Of a stretch of 64,000 bases of DNA, positions 49,970 to 59,660 are shown one piece after another. Location of the stretch: contig CAWDKY010000025.1 in NCBI GenBank assembly GCA_963802945.1, positions 1 to 64,000 of the forward strand. Direction: 5' to 3'. How positions within the stretch are numbered: position 1 is the stretch's first letter; every line of letters begins with the position of its first letter. This DNA comes from an uncultured delta proteobacterium (GTDB lineage: Bacteria; Desulfobacterota; RBG-13-43-22). The translations under genes were made by a program, and so were the position numbers. A model generated the notes under the pieces. The model did not search any database. It worked only from the letters and a program-made list of their open reading frames with translations, and was not told the origin of the DNA.

Positions 49970-52156
49970 ATGACCTCTCAAAATTCCCCGCTTGTACTGA
50001 CCCCCAATGCCAAAATCGTCCTGGAGAAACGTTACCTAAAAAAAGATGCCCAGGGCCAAGTAACCGAAACGCCGGAGGACATGTTCCGCCGAGTGGCCAA
50101 GGTTATAGCTTCGGCCGACGCCCTCTATGGGAAAGAGGACCAAGTCCAATCCACCGAAGAATTATTTTTCCAGATCATGACCCGCTTGGAATTTTTACCT
50201 AATTCTCCCACGTTGATGAATGCCGGCCGGTCATTAGGTCAGTTGTCGGCTTGTTTTGTTTTGCCTGTCGAGGATTCGATCGATAGCATCTTTGAGGCTA
50301 TTAAACAAACAGCCATTATCCATAAAAGCGGCGGAGGAACCGGATTTTCCTTTTCCAGGATCCGGCCGGAGAAAGATATGGTTAAGTCGACTCATGGCAT
50401 TTCCAGCGGGCCTATTTCCTTTATGACCGTGTTTGACGTGGCCACGGAAACCATTAAACAGGGAGGGACCCGAAGAGGGGCCAACATGGGTCTGCTGCGG
50501 GTGGACCACCCGGATATAGAAAAATTTATCGATGCTAAATTACAGACCGACCGCTTGAATAACTTTAACATTTCGGTTTTAATCCCGGATTCTTTTATGG
50601 AGGCCCTTAAAAACAAACAGGAATACGACTTGTGCAATCCCCACACCGGCCTGAAAACCCGGTCGATTTCCGCCCAGGCTATTTTTGACAAGATCGTGGA
50701 TTCGGCCTGGAGAAGCGGAGAGCCGGGAGTGGTCTTTATTGACCGGATCAATCGGGATAATCCTACGCCGCATCTGGGGCCTATAGAAGCCACCAATCCC
50801 TGCGGAGAACAACCGCTTTTAGCTTATGAGTCCTGCAATCTGGGTTCGATCAATCTGGCCCGGATGGTTAAGAAGGGGGAAATTGATTTTAATCGGCTTA
50901 AAACCTTGGTGCACACGGCCGTTCATTTTTTAGACAATGTCATCGATGTCAATAAATATCCCTTACCCAAGATTGAAAAGATGAGCAAAGGAAACAGAAA
51001 AATCGGATTGGGGGTCATGGGTTTTGCCGACCTGTTGATCCAGTTGGGTATCCCTTATGATTCCCCCCAGGCGGTGGAAGTTTCCGAAAAAGTGATGGGT
51101 GTTATTGACACCGAGTCCCGTCAGGCCTCCGAACAATTGGCCGGAGAAAGAGGGAATTTCCCTAATTTTGTAGGCAGTGTGTTTGATCGGCCCGACAAAA
51201 ATCTTTCAGGGATGCGCAATGCCACTACCACAACTATTGCGCCTACTGGGACGATCAGTATCATTGCCGGTGCTTCCAGCGGAATCGAACCGTTGTTTGC
51301 CGTATCCTATTACCGGACGGTATTGGATGGGACGCAGTTGGTCGAAGTCAATCCTTATTTTAAAAAGATGGCCAAAGAAAAAGGCTTTTATTCCCCGCGA
51401 CTCATGGAACAAATTGCCCAGGAGGGCTCGATACGAAACATTCCGGACATACCTGAGGAGATTAAGGCCCTTTTCGTCACTTCTCACGATATCAGCCCGG
51501 AAAGTCACATCCAGATTCAGGCTGCATTTCAGAAATACACCGACAATGCGGTCTCCAAGACCATTAACTTTCCCCATGAGGCTACGCCGGAAGATGTTCA
51601 GAATGCCTACCTGACGGCCTATCACCAGGGGTGTAAGGGAGTGACCATATACCGATACGGCAGCCGGGAAACTCAGGTATTAAATCTAAATAAATACACC
51701 GAAAGTTCTACAATCAATCCCCGGCCGCGTCCCAGCCGAACCCTGGGGATTACGGAACGAATCTCTACCGGCTGCGGAAAATTATATGTGACCATCAATT
51801 CCGATGAAAAGGGGATCTGTGAGGTCTTTGCCCAGATGGGCAAGACCGGGGGGTGTGCTTCATCACAGATCGAGGCCACCGGCCGATTGATCTCTTTGGC
51901 CTTGCGGTCCGGGGTCAGTCTGCCCTCTATCCTTAAACAGATTTCCGGGATACGCTGTCCCTCTCCCACCTGGGGAAACGGCCATCAGATTCTATCCTGT
52001 CCGGATGCCATCAGCCGGGTGATCATCAACTATACTCAGGCAAAAATCGAAGATGATGACCGGATTATGGGCTCCTGCCCGGATTGCGGCGGTCAGGTGG
52101 TTCATGAAAACGGCTGTCTGACCTGCCATTCGTGCGGTTTCTCACGATGCAGTTAA
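49970..52156 (+). CDS. nrdJ: Class II (adenosylcobalamin-dependent) ribonucleotide reductase with TSCPD-like C-terminus
   Basis: [50 protein letters not shown]; no beta-subunit gene adjacent. Confidence 0.92.
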   Translation: MTSQNSPLVLTPNAKIVLEKRYLKKDAQGQVTETPEDMFRRVAKVIASADALYGKEDQVQSTEELFFQIMTRLEFLPNSPTLMNAGRSLGQLSACFVLPVEDSIDSIFEAIKQTAIIHKSGGGTGFSFSRIRPEKDMVKSTHGISSGPISFMTVFDVATETIKQGGTRRGANMGLLRVDHPDIEKFIDAKLQTDRLNNFNISVLIPDSFMEALKNKQEYDLCNPHTGLKTRSISAQAIFDKIVDSAWRSGEPGVVFIDRINRDNPTPHLGPIEATNPCGEQPLLAYESCNLGSINLARMVKKGEIDFNRLKTLVHTAVHFLDNVIDVNKYPLPKIEKMSKGNRKIGLGVMGFADLLIQLGIPYDSPQAVEVSEKVMGVIDTESRQASEQLAGERGNFPNFVGSVFDRPDKNLSGMRNATTTTIAPTGTISIIAGASSGIEPLFAVSYYRTVLDGTQLVEVNPYFKKMAKEKGFYSPRLMEQIAQEGSIRNIPDIPEEIKALFVTSHDISPESHIQIQAAFQKYTDNAVSKTINFPHEATPEDVQNAYLTAYHQGCKGVTIYRYGSRETQVLNLNKYTESSTINPRPRPSRTLGITERISTGCGKLYVTINSDEKGICEVFAQMGKTGGCASSQIEATGRLISLALRSGVSLPSILKQISGIRCPSPTWGNGHQILSCPDAISRVIINYTQAKIEDDDRIMGSCPDCGGQVVHENGCLTCHSCGFSRCS

Positions 52157-52286
52157 TTTGGAAATAACGATCGTCGTTGGGAGTTCGTTGTTCGGTGAAG
52201 GTCGGGGGCTTTGGGTGAGGGTCTCTTGACCCCTAATAAATATCCCATGAGTTCACCAAGGCAAGGGGCGCAAGAGGGGCGGGTGA

Positions 52287-53816
52287 TCAAATATTAAGTT
52301 TGCGCAATTCTTTGCGTAGAATTTTTCCCATGGGGTTTCGGGGCAGGTTTTCTGTAAATTCAATATATTTCGGCCATTTGTTTTTGGCCAGTTTTTCCCG
52401 GCAATACTTTAAAATCTCCTCCTGCGTTGCGGTCAGGCCTGGCTTTAAAACGATATATAATTTTATCTCTTCCCCCATAATCTCATCAGGCACGCCAATG
52501 GCCACTACGTCCTGAACTGCCGGATGCTGGTAGAGGATTTCTTCCAGATCTCGCGGATAAATATTAAACCCGCCTCGGATAATCAAATCTTTCTTACGTT
52601 CAACAATATAAAGATAACCGTCTTCATCCATCTTGGCCATGTCACCGGTGTGAAGCCAGCCATGGCAAAATGTTTTAGCTGTCTCTTCAGGCATTTTGTA
52701 ATAGCCCACTGAAATATTGGGGCCGGACACCAGTAATTCGCCGACTTCTCCCACAGGGACATCCTGGTCTTCATCATCCACAATACGGACCTGTACTTCA
52801 GGAATAGGCTGGCCGATGGAGCCGGGCTTTGTCGGTCGGTGATGATAATTGGTGCTGACCGCAGGAGAAGCTTCGGATAGTCCATAGGCCTCATAAACCG
52901 TGCAGTTAAATTTTTTTTGAAAGGCCAGAAGATTGGCTACCGGAAACGGCGCCGAACCGGAAAGACAGCCCTGCAATGAAGACAGATCGTATTTATCGGC
53001 CTCAGGACTGTTGAGCATAGTCATGAACATAGCCGGTGAGCCCGGAAAATCGGTCACTTTGTATTTTTCGATCAATTGGAAAACCTTTTCCACCTCGAAT
53101 TTGGGCATCAAGACATGAAGGTTGCCATACTTATAAGCCTTATTCATAGTTGTCAAACCGAAAGAATGGGAAAGAGGCAGAGCAACCAGAGTTATGTCCG
53201 AAGATTGTGTGTCATGGGCGCGGGCGGCATTGACGGCGTTGGAATAAAGATTCTTATGCGTAAGCATGACGCCTTTGGGCGTTGAGGTAGTGCCGGCGGT
53301 GTAAAGGATCACCGCCAGATCATCCTCGGCAATGGCTGGGACAACCTGTTTTTCAGGATGGTCATTGATCAGTTGAGAAAAAGAAATGGCCTTCCCGCTT
53401 TTTGCTGGGCTTGCAGTCGGGTCATGGCCGTCCCTGATGATTATATGCTGCAGCGTCTCGATGGTTCGCAGTATGGCTTCATTTTTCTGAGCAATATCGC
53501 TGATGGTGATCATGGCGACTGCGCCGCAGTTATTAAAAATGTGGGTTAATTCCTGCGGGGTCGTCAAAGGGATGAGGGGAACTATAACAGCACCGCAGCG
53601 GAGGATACCCTGATAACTGATAATGACCTGGGGGCAGTTGGGGAGCATGACCAGTACATGATCGCCTTTTTTCACGCCGAGTTTTGTCAAAGAACCGGCC
53701 AGATTTTGGGCCTCGCGGATAATTTGCTGGTTGGTGAAGATCTGATCATCAAAAATCAGAAACGGATATTCATTGAAACTCTTCAGATTCTCATCAGCAA
53801 GTGCGACAAGGTTCAT
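52287..53816 (-). CDS. Long-chain fatty acid--CoA ligase (AMP-binding)
   Basis: YTAGTTSTPKG, YGLSE, WLHTGD, RKKDLIIRGG, PRNPMGKI. Confidence 0.92.
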   Translation of the reverse strand: MNLVALADENLKSFNEYPFLIFDDQIFTNQQIIREAQNLAGSLTKLGVKKGDHVLVMLPNCPQVIISYQGILRCGAVIVPLIPLTTPQELTHIFNNCGAVAMITISDIAQKNEAILRTIETLQHIIIRDGHDPTASPAKSGKAISFSQLINDHPEKQVVPAIAEDDLAVILYTAGTTSTPKGVMLTHKNLYSNAVNAARAHDTQSSDITLVALPLSHSFGLTTMNKAYKYGNLHVLMPKFEVEKVFQLIEKYKVTDFPGSPAMFMTMLNSPEADKYDLSSLQGCLSGSAPFPVANLLAFQKKFNCTVYEAYGLSEASPAVSTNYHHRPTKPGSIGQPIPEVQVRIVDDEDQDVPVGEVGELLVSGPNISVGYYKMPEETAKTFCHGWLHTGDMAKMDEDGYLYIVERKKDLIIRGGFNIYPRDLEEILYQHPAVQDVVAIGVPDEIMGEEIKLYIVLKPGLTATQEEILKYCREKLAKNKWPKYIEFTENLPRNPMGKILRKELRKLNI

Positions 53817-53900
53817 CGGCCGTCCTCCCTTGGTGAAATATTTGGGATGGATAAAAAATATAAAAAAGTTTCAGGGAAGAGTCAATACCTTTCTGAGTTT

Positions 53901-54097
53901 AATAAGACTATTCGTTCTAAAGAGGCTACTACAAAACAGGAAAACATGGGATCAAGGGGGAACATAAGGCCAAAAGTGAGGGGGTAAAGGGGGCTTGTTA
54001 AGAAAATGGGGCTTAACCAATGTAGATTTTACCAGGTAGAAAGGAAGCTGGGAATCGGAGTAGACCATCTGCATTTCGTGGGATTTGGGTTTGGTGG
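53901..54097 (-). mobile_element. Deleted IS91/ISCR-like remnant (transposase C-terminus + element end)
   Basis: 54040-54095 encodes KPKSHEMQMVYSDSQLPF vs transposase KPNSLELQIDYSDSQLPF; 53901-54040 aligns with 40109-40245. Confidence 0.75.
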
Positions 54098-54196
54098 AAA
54101 AAGTATTTTATGAACCTAGTGGACAACGTCACCTTCTAACCCACCGGCAGCTGGCCACATCGGGACGCAGCAATACAGTCATAGCCGTCGCTTGCC

Positions 54197-55870
54197 TCAG
54201 GCCCGCGTCGGTTCTGACGGCACTGTAGATTTCATGGCATTTTTCTGGGACCATCTGAGAAAAGCAAGCCGAATGATGGCCGGAAGCATGGCCAACAAGT
54301 ATAATATACGGTAAGACGGAGCGTTCTCAAAACCTGTGACCGGTGGTGGGAGGGGCAGCGATTCGCGAGCGGCCAGCTTTTCTTCTCGGAGCACCTCTCT
54401 GTCGTCATAAAGGCCGGCCTCGATTTTTTTCAGATGGCGGATATAATCCTTCCGGGCATATCGGGAAAGATTGCGGTTGATCCGTTTCATGGAATACCCA
54501 AAGCCGATCCCGAAGAAAGATCGGAACAGGTCTTTGGAAAAGATATTTTTCAGAATGTTCCAGTGGGAAAAGACCTCGTTGTTGATCTCAAAAATCAATT
54601 TCTGCAGTGTGCTCGGCTTCATACGCTTCGGGAAATAAGTAACAAAGCTCCCCGTCATATAGTCGTAGTAATCAAGATTGCCTGGTGCCGTTTTATCGTA
54701 GTATGTTTTGAACCGCCTATTTAAAGGGGTCAGAAGTTCTTTCGATTCATCGGTTTCCAGGTCATGCAGAATAAACAGGTTTAAAAAAAGCCTGTTCTGT
54801 TTGACGAATCGTATTATCTCCCGAGCACTTTCCGGCGTATCTTCATCATGACCGATGACGAATGTGGAAAGCGCGTTCATGCCGTGCGCCTGGATATTAT
54901 GGATGCTTTTCAGGACGGCATCGTGGGTCTGCTTTTTATTGAAGGCCTCGAGGCTTTTATCGCTCAAGGACTCGACGCCGACAATGATCACTTTTACCCC
55001 CGCCTGCCGGAGAAGCTCGAGCATCTCCGGGTCTCTGCCGATCTCATGACGTTCAAAGATGATAAATCCGGCGGCGATGTTTTCCTCAATGATTCTTTGC
55101 AGAAGTTCCCGGGTCTGTTGACGGTCGCTGCAGAAGTCGTTGTCCACAATAAAACATCGATCCTGAGGTTTGAACCTTTTCTTGATGTTGGCCACGACAC
55201 TCTCGACATTTCTCCGCCGGTAGACGCCCTGAAAGAGCCTGTTCGTGGGGCAGAATTTGCAGCGAAACCGGCAGCCCCGCGTGGTCTGAAGGGTGTGGAT
55301 ATTGACCCGGAGCCTTTTGAACAATGGCTTGACGCGGTCAAAACCCTCGATGAGCGTTGTGTCCGGCATGGTTGACGGTATTTCCGGAGGACTTCCTTCC
55401 GGGTTATGGATGGCCTGTCCGTCTTTCAGATAAGAAATTCCCGGAAGGCCGTGCGTATCGAGACCCTCATTGAGGCATTCAATAATGCGCGGCAGGACCT
55501 CATCGCCTTCACATCGAACGGCATACGAACAGCAATCGAGGACCGTCTCTGGAAAGAAACAGACTTGCGGTCCTCCCAGGATGATCGTCAGGTTCGGCTT
55601 CTCTTGTAAAACTCTCTGGCAGAAAGCCCTCACTTTGTTCAGCGCCGGAACAAACACGGAAAGACACAGGACGTCGGCATCCGTTATCACATCAAAGTCT
55701 AAATCACTCACACCCTCGAGAAAATATCGGACCTCATAACCCTTGTCCCGCATGAGAGAGGCCAATAGCAAGCTGCCGTACTTGGGAAAGACCGCCATGA
55801 GTGTACCGAGCGTGTTGGTCTTAGCATTAAACTCCACAAAATTGATCCTGCGAAGGCGAGACCCTGTCAT
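54197..55870 (-). CDS. B12-binding radical SAM protein
   Basis: IILGGP, AVRCEGD, TTRGCRFRCKFC, VDNDF, GVES; GGAGG RBS. Confidence 0.88.
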   Translation of the reverse strand: MTGSRLRRINFVEFNAKTNTLGTLMAVFPKYGSLLLASLMRDKGYEVRYFLEGVSDLDFDVITDADVLCLSVFVPALNKVRAFCQRVLQEKPNLTIILGGPQVCFFPETVLDCCSYAVRCEGDEVLPRIIECLNEGLDTHGLPGISYLKDGQAIHNPEGSPPEIPSTMPDTTLIEGFDRVKPLFKRLRVNIHTLQTTRGCRFRCKFCPTNRLFQGVYRRRNVESVVANIKKRFKPQDRCFIVDNDFCSDRQQTRELLQRIIEENIAAGFIIFERHEIGRDPEMLELLRQAGVKVIIVGVESLSDKSLEAFNKKQTHDAVLKSIHNIQAHGMNALSTFVIGHDEDTPESAREIIRFVKQNRLFLNLFILHDLETDESKELLTPLNRRFKTYYDKTAPGNLDYYDYMTGSFVTYFPKRMKPSTLQKLIFEINNEVFSHWNILKNIFSKDLFRSFFGIGFGYSMKRINRNLSRYARKDYIRHLKKIEAGLYDDREVLREEKLAARESLPLPPPVTGFENAPSYRILYLLAMLPAIIRLAFLRWSQKNAMKSTVPSEPTRA

Positions 55871-56065
55871 CAGTATTACCTCCAAATTATCCCCGAATCG
55901 GATAATTTTACTTCTTTACCAGCCATTTTTTGTAGCAGGCCCCCCGCGATCTGCAAAGGGCCGCCCTATTCACGGAGAGGCTCGAGTAACCTTGTTTGAG
56001 TGCCGCCAGATTTTTCTTTTTTCAGTCTCTTTAATAAGCCCATCGTGGAAATCAGAATGGGCATT

Positions 56066-56357
56066 GATAGGACTTGCTTTTTATAGGGAGAGTATAAAAC
56101 AACAAAAAAATAAGATCAAAGAAAAAAGAGGGCCAAAGGTGAGGAGACAAAGGGTCTTCTGAAGAAAAAGTAACTTTGCCGGGTTGTATTTTACAGATAG
56201 CAGGCGATAGGGAGAAAAAAGAGGTAATGAGGGGGTCTTCATTTTCTTTTTGACGAAGCCTTCGGGAAGCGTTACTATAAAACCATAATAGCGAACTATT
56301 TGCTCGCGCTGGTCGGGCATAGGAGAGTACATAGCCGCTGGCCTATCTAAGCCATCA
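56066..56357 (-). mobile_element. Deleted IS91/ISCR-like remnant (transposase fragment + element end with promoter)
   Basis: 56225-56357 aligns with 40635-40768 (PDQREQIVRYYGF); 56066-56224 aligns with 40109-40270; TTGATC-17-TATACT; end ...AAAAAGCAAGTCCTATC. Confidence 0.82.
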
Positions 56358-56358
56358 A

Positions 56359-57099
56359 ATGAACATCCCCATTATTGATACCCACGTCCATTTGGATGAA
56401 ATTGCCGATCCGGAAGAGGCCATCCTGGAAGCCAAAAAGGCCGGCTTGTCGGGAATAGTGGCCGTGGGTATGGACATCACCTCCAATGAAAAAATCCTGA
56501 CCTTTTCTAGACAATATCCGAATGTGGTTTTTCCAGCCCTGGGATACCATCCCTGGAAAGTCAGCATCTCCGGAATCAGAGACAATCTGGATTTCCTCCG
56601 CCTTCATCTGGATCAGGCTGTTGCCTTGGGCGAAGTGGGATTGGATTACAAAAGTTCGACACCCAAAGAAATACAGGAAGGGGTCTTTAAGGATCTTTTA
56701 GAATTAGCCTGGGAAAAGAAAAAGCCAGTTATTGTACATTCCCGGCTGTCCCATGAAAAGACCTTTACCTTGGTTCGAAAACATGATCTGAAAAAAGTAG
56801 TCTTCCACTGGTACAGCGGTCCAAAGGAGATCTTAAAAGAATTGTTATTGCTGGGTTATTATATTTCAGCGACCCCGGCCCTGGTTTACAGTCCCAAACA
56901 CCGGGAGGCCGTAACCGCTGCCCCGCTGAAACAGATTTTAATCGAAACCGATGCCCCAACCATTTATCAAGGTGTGGTTTCTTCACCGGCTCAGGTGTTA
57001 AAGACACTGACGGAACTGTCTAGAATGAAAGGGATGGAAATTGAAGAAGTGGCCCTAAAAACCACCCAGAACGCCCGGGATTTTTTTGGCATTACTTAA
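56359..57099 (+). CDS. tatD: TatD-family hydrolase
   Basis: IDTHVH, GYHPW, GEVGLD, VHSR, FHWYSG, ETDAP. Confidence 0.92.
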   Translation: MNIPIIDTHVHLDEIADPEEAILEAKKAGLSGIVAVGMDITSNEKILTFSRQYPNVVFPALGYHPWKVSISGIRDNLDFLRLHLDQAVALGEVGLDYKSSTPKEIQEGVFKDLLELAWEKKKPVIVHSRLSHEKTFTLVRKHDLKKVVFHWYSGPKEILKELLLLGYYISATPALVYSPKHREAVTAAPLKQILIETDAPTIYQGVVSSPAQVLKTLTELSRMKGMEIEEVALKTTQNARDFFGIT

Positions 57100-57118
57100 T
57101 CTTTCTTAAATCTTAAAT

Positions 57119-58015
57119 ATGTCCGACCCCTATCCGACCAAACCCTATCTTGATTTCAAGGCCGTTTTAATTCTTCTTATTCTCTGCCTATTATGGGGTG
57201 GGAATATGGCCGCCATCAAATTCAGCAACCGGGGAATGGAGCCGATCTTTACCGCTGGTCTTCGCTCCCTGATTGCCTCTGGATTGATGCTTCCTTGGAT
57301 GGTTTATCGAAAAGAATCCCTCTTTCCCCGGTCTTTTAAATGGATTCACGCCCTGGTCGTCGGTTTTCTTTTTGGCCTTGAATTCTGCTTTATCTATCTC
57401 TCCTTACTTTTCACCATGGCCGGCCGCGGTTATATCTTTTTATATACGGCTCCCTTTTGGGTGGCCTTGGGGGCGCATTTTCTACTCACCGGGGACCGGC
57501 TCACCTGGCGTCGCCTGGGCGGTTTGGCTCTGGCCTTCCTGGGTTTGATTTTAATTTTTTCCGAAGGGCTTTTTCATTTCTCGTCCCAAGTACTTTTCGG
57601 AGATTTTTTGATGATCCTGGCGGCCTTGGCCTGGGCAGCGACTACCGTTTATGTCAAAAGATTTTTCACCCAAGATTGTACTCCTTTCCAAACCCTTCTT
57701 TATCAACTGCTGTTTTCGTTTCCCATTTTATTCCTGTTGAGTTTTATCCTGGAAAACGATCCGATTCGTTATATTGATCTCACAATTTTTCTGTCCCTTT
57801 TTTATCAGACCATCATTGTGGCCTTCTTAAGTTACTGGGCCTGGTTTTATTTGATCCATATTTATCCGGTAACCAGTCTATCGGCCTTTTCTTTTTTTAC
57901 TCCCATTTTTGGGGTGTTTCTGAGCAGTATCATATTGAATGAGCCCTTAAGCCTCTGGTTGTTGATTGCCCTGGCCTTGGTTTCCATAGGCATTTATTGG
58001 GTCAATAAACGGTGA
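57119..58015 (+). CDS. DMT/EamA-family transporter
   Basis: 10 TM, LWGGN, YTAPFWV, FFTPIFGV..LNE. Confidence 0.88.
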   Translation: MSDPYPTKPYLDFKAVLILLILCLLWGGNMAAIKFSNRGMEPIFTAGLRSLIASGLMLPWMVYRKESLFPRSFKWIHALVVGFLFGLEFCFIYLSLLFTMAGRGYIFLYTAPFWVALGAHFLLTGDRLTWRRLGGLALAFLGLILIFSEGLFHFSSQVLFGDFLMILAALAWAATTVYVKRFFTQDCTPFQTLLYQLLFSFPILFLLSFILENDPIRYIDLTIFLSLFYQTIIVAFLSYWAWFYLIHIYPVTSLSAFSFFTPIFGVFLSSIILNEPLSLWLLIALALVSIGIYWVNKR

Positions 58016-58068
58016 CGGCTTTGTAAAAAGTCATAAAATATTTTAAGAAAATCTTTTAATAATGGAGG

Positions 58069-58530
58069 ATGTCTTTATTGATGGAAACCGACACGATCAT
58101 TTTAACCTGCCCCCAATGCGGGGTAAAAAATCGTATTCCAAAAAATCGTTTAACTCTTAAACCTGTTTGCGGAAAATGCCGAGCCTCCCTTCCTTCTAAA
58201 TCCTTTTTGGATCACCCAATCGAGGTGACCGATCAAACTTTTAATCAGGAAGTCCTGTCTTTTCCTGGATCGGTGGTTTTGGATTGCTGGGCCCCGTGGT
58301 GCGGTCCCTGCCGGATGGTGGCACCTGTTTTAGATCAATTGGCAAAGGAGTATGCAGGCCGGATCAAATTCACCAAATTAAATACCGATGAAAATCAACA
58401 GACCGCCGGGCAATTTTCCATCCAGAGTATTCCCACCTTGCTTTTTTTCAAAGGAGGGAAGCTGGTCAATCGCCAGGTCGGAGCTCTACCTAAAGGGGAG
58501 ATTGAAAGACAGTTACAATCCATTATATAG
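58069..58530 (+). CDS. trxC: Thioredoxin with N-terminal Zn finger (TrxC-like)
   Basis: CPQC..NR..CGKC and WAPWCGPC. Confidence 0.9.
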   Translation: MSLLMETDTIILTCPQCGVKNRIPKNRLTLKPVCGKCRASLPSKSFLDHPIEVTDQTFNQEVLSFPGSVVLDCWAPWCGPCRMVAPVLDQLAKEYAGRIKFTKLNTDENQQTAGQFSIQSIPTLLFFKGGKLVNRQVGALPKGEIERQLQSII

Positions 58531-58655
58531 ATGCACAAATTAATGGTGACTTCATGATCTCCCGGGCAAAGCCAGTTCCTAAACCTAACTAAAAAATCAT
58601 TCTAAGATCTCGGTTGCATTTTTCTTGACTGTTATTCAAAAAAGTGTTTTTATTT

Positions 58656-58686
58656 TGACCCAGAGTCATAATCTGAATCTTAGTCA
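58656..58686. promoter_or_regulatory. Putative TetR operator pair
   Basis: TGAC-N5-GTCA (58656) and TGAA-N5-GTCA (58674) between TTGACT promoter (58625) and TetR start. Confidence 0.55.
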
Positions 58687-58698
58687 TTAATTTTCCCT

Positions 58699-59340
58699 AT
58701 GGCCACCCTTAAACGACTTGCCGAAGAAAAAAAGGAATTAACCCAAAAAGCCATTCAAAAAGCGGCCAAAAAGGTTTTTTTCGAAAAGGGGTATGTCAAC
58801 GCCACGATCGCCGAAATCGCCAAGTTGGCCGGTGTCGCCAAAGGGTCTATTTATTTATATTTTCAGACCAAAGATGATTTATACCTTTCTTTAATGGTCC
58901 CTATCTTGGAAGAGATCAAAAATTCGCTGAGCAGCCTAAAAGACAAGATTACCCAGGGGCAATACCGAACCGGGAGTGAAATCATGACCGGTTTTTACAA
59001 CCACTATAAGAGAATTTATAGCTTCGACCCTGACGGCATCCGCATTATCCAAGCCTTCCAATTAGGGGATTTGATTTCCGCCATGTCTGAAAAAAACAGG
59101 GAAGAATTGAATCTCTTGGCCAGGGAGAATTTCAGGCTCTCCAGAGGTATCTTTTCCCTGGCCATGAAACGCAAATCGATTTCCAAAATGAATCCGGCTC
59201 AATTAGTCGATATTTCCTGGTCAACTTTCATCGGGATCGTTCAACTCGAAGAGAGCAAATTACGGCTGACGAAAAAAGATCATTTAGAAGCTACACTAAG
59301 GGCGACCTTTACGATTTTAGCAAAAGGGTTATCCCTATAA
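58699..59340 (+). CDS. TetR/AcrR family transcriptional regulator
   Basis: AAKKVFFEKGY.NATIAEIAKLAGVAKGSIYLYFQTKDDL. Confidence 0.92.
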   Translation: MATLKRLAEEKKELTQKAIQKAAKKVFFEKGYVNATIAEIAKLAGVAKGSIYLYFQTKDDLYLSLMVPILEEIKNSLSSLKDKITQGQYRTGSEIMTGFYNHYKRIYSFDPDGIRIIQAFQLGDLISAMSEKNREELNLLARENFRLSRGIFSLAMKRKSISKMNPAQLVDISWSTFIGIVQLEESKLRLTKKDHLEATLRATFTILAKGLSL

Positions 59341-59420
59341 AACTACAGGGAAGGCATCATTTCGGTCGGTAAGGGCATTCCAATTTTTCGGCTTTCGAGA
59401 CTGTGTCGCAATTACTTTGT

Positions 59421-59604
59421 TGTCATTCCGTGCAAGCGAAGCACGACGAGGAGCCTGCCCCGGACTCGATCCGGGGGAATCCAGAGGATATGGGTCTGGT
59501 TCCCGGCTTTCGCCGGGACGACGTCTGGCTGCCGGCTTTCGCCGGCATGACAGCCTTAATGGCGTTGTCAGTTATTACAACACAACCTCTTCATCGGAAT
59601 GACA
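59421..59604. repeat. Nested REP-like palindromic element
   Basis: tgtcattccg...cggaatgaca ends; internal ccccggactcgatccgggg, cccggctttcgccggg, gccggctttcgccggc hairpins. Confidence 0.75.
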
Positions 59605-59660
59605 AAATTTGGGTTCTGTGAGTTTTAAATAATCGTTAATAATAAGGAGGAAACAAAAGC

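Noticed and set aside
54100-54196. Possible integron attC site after the radical SAM gene (GTTAGAA on minus strand)
   Set aside because: No matching RYYYAAC inverse core or paired L boxes, and no integron integrase in the window.
55890-56060. Possible cobalamin riboswitch upstream of the B12-radical SAM gene
   Set aside because: No recognisable GGGAA/B12-box consensus; only a GC-rich hairpin.
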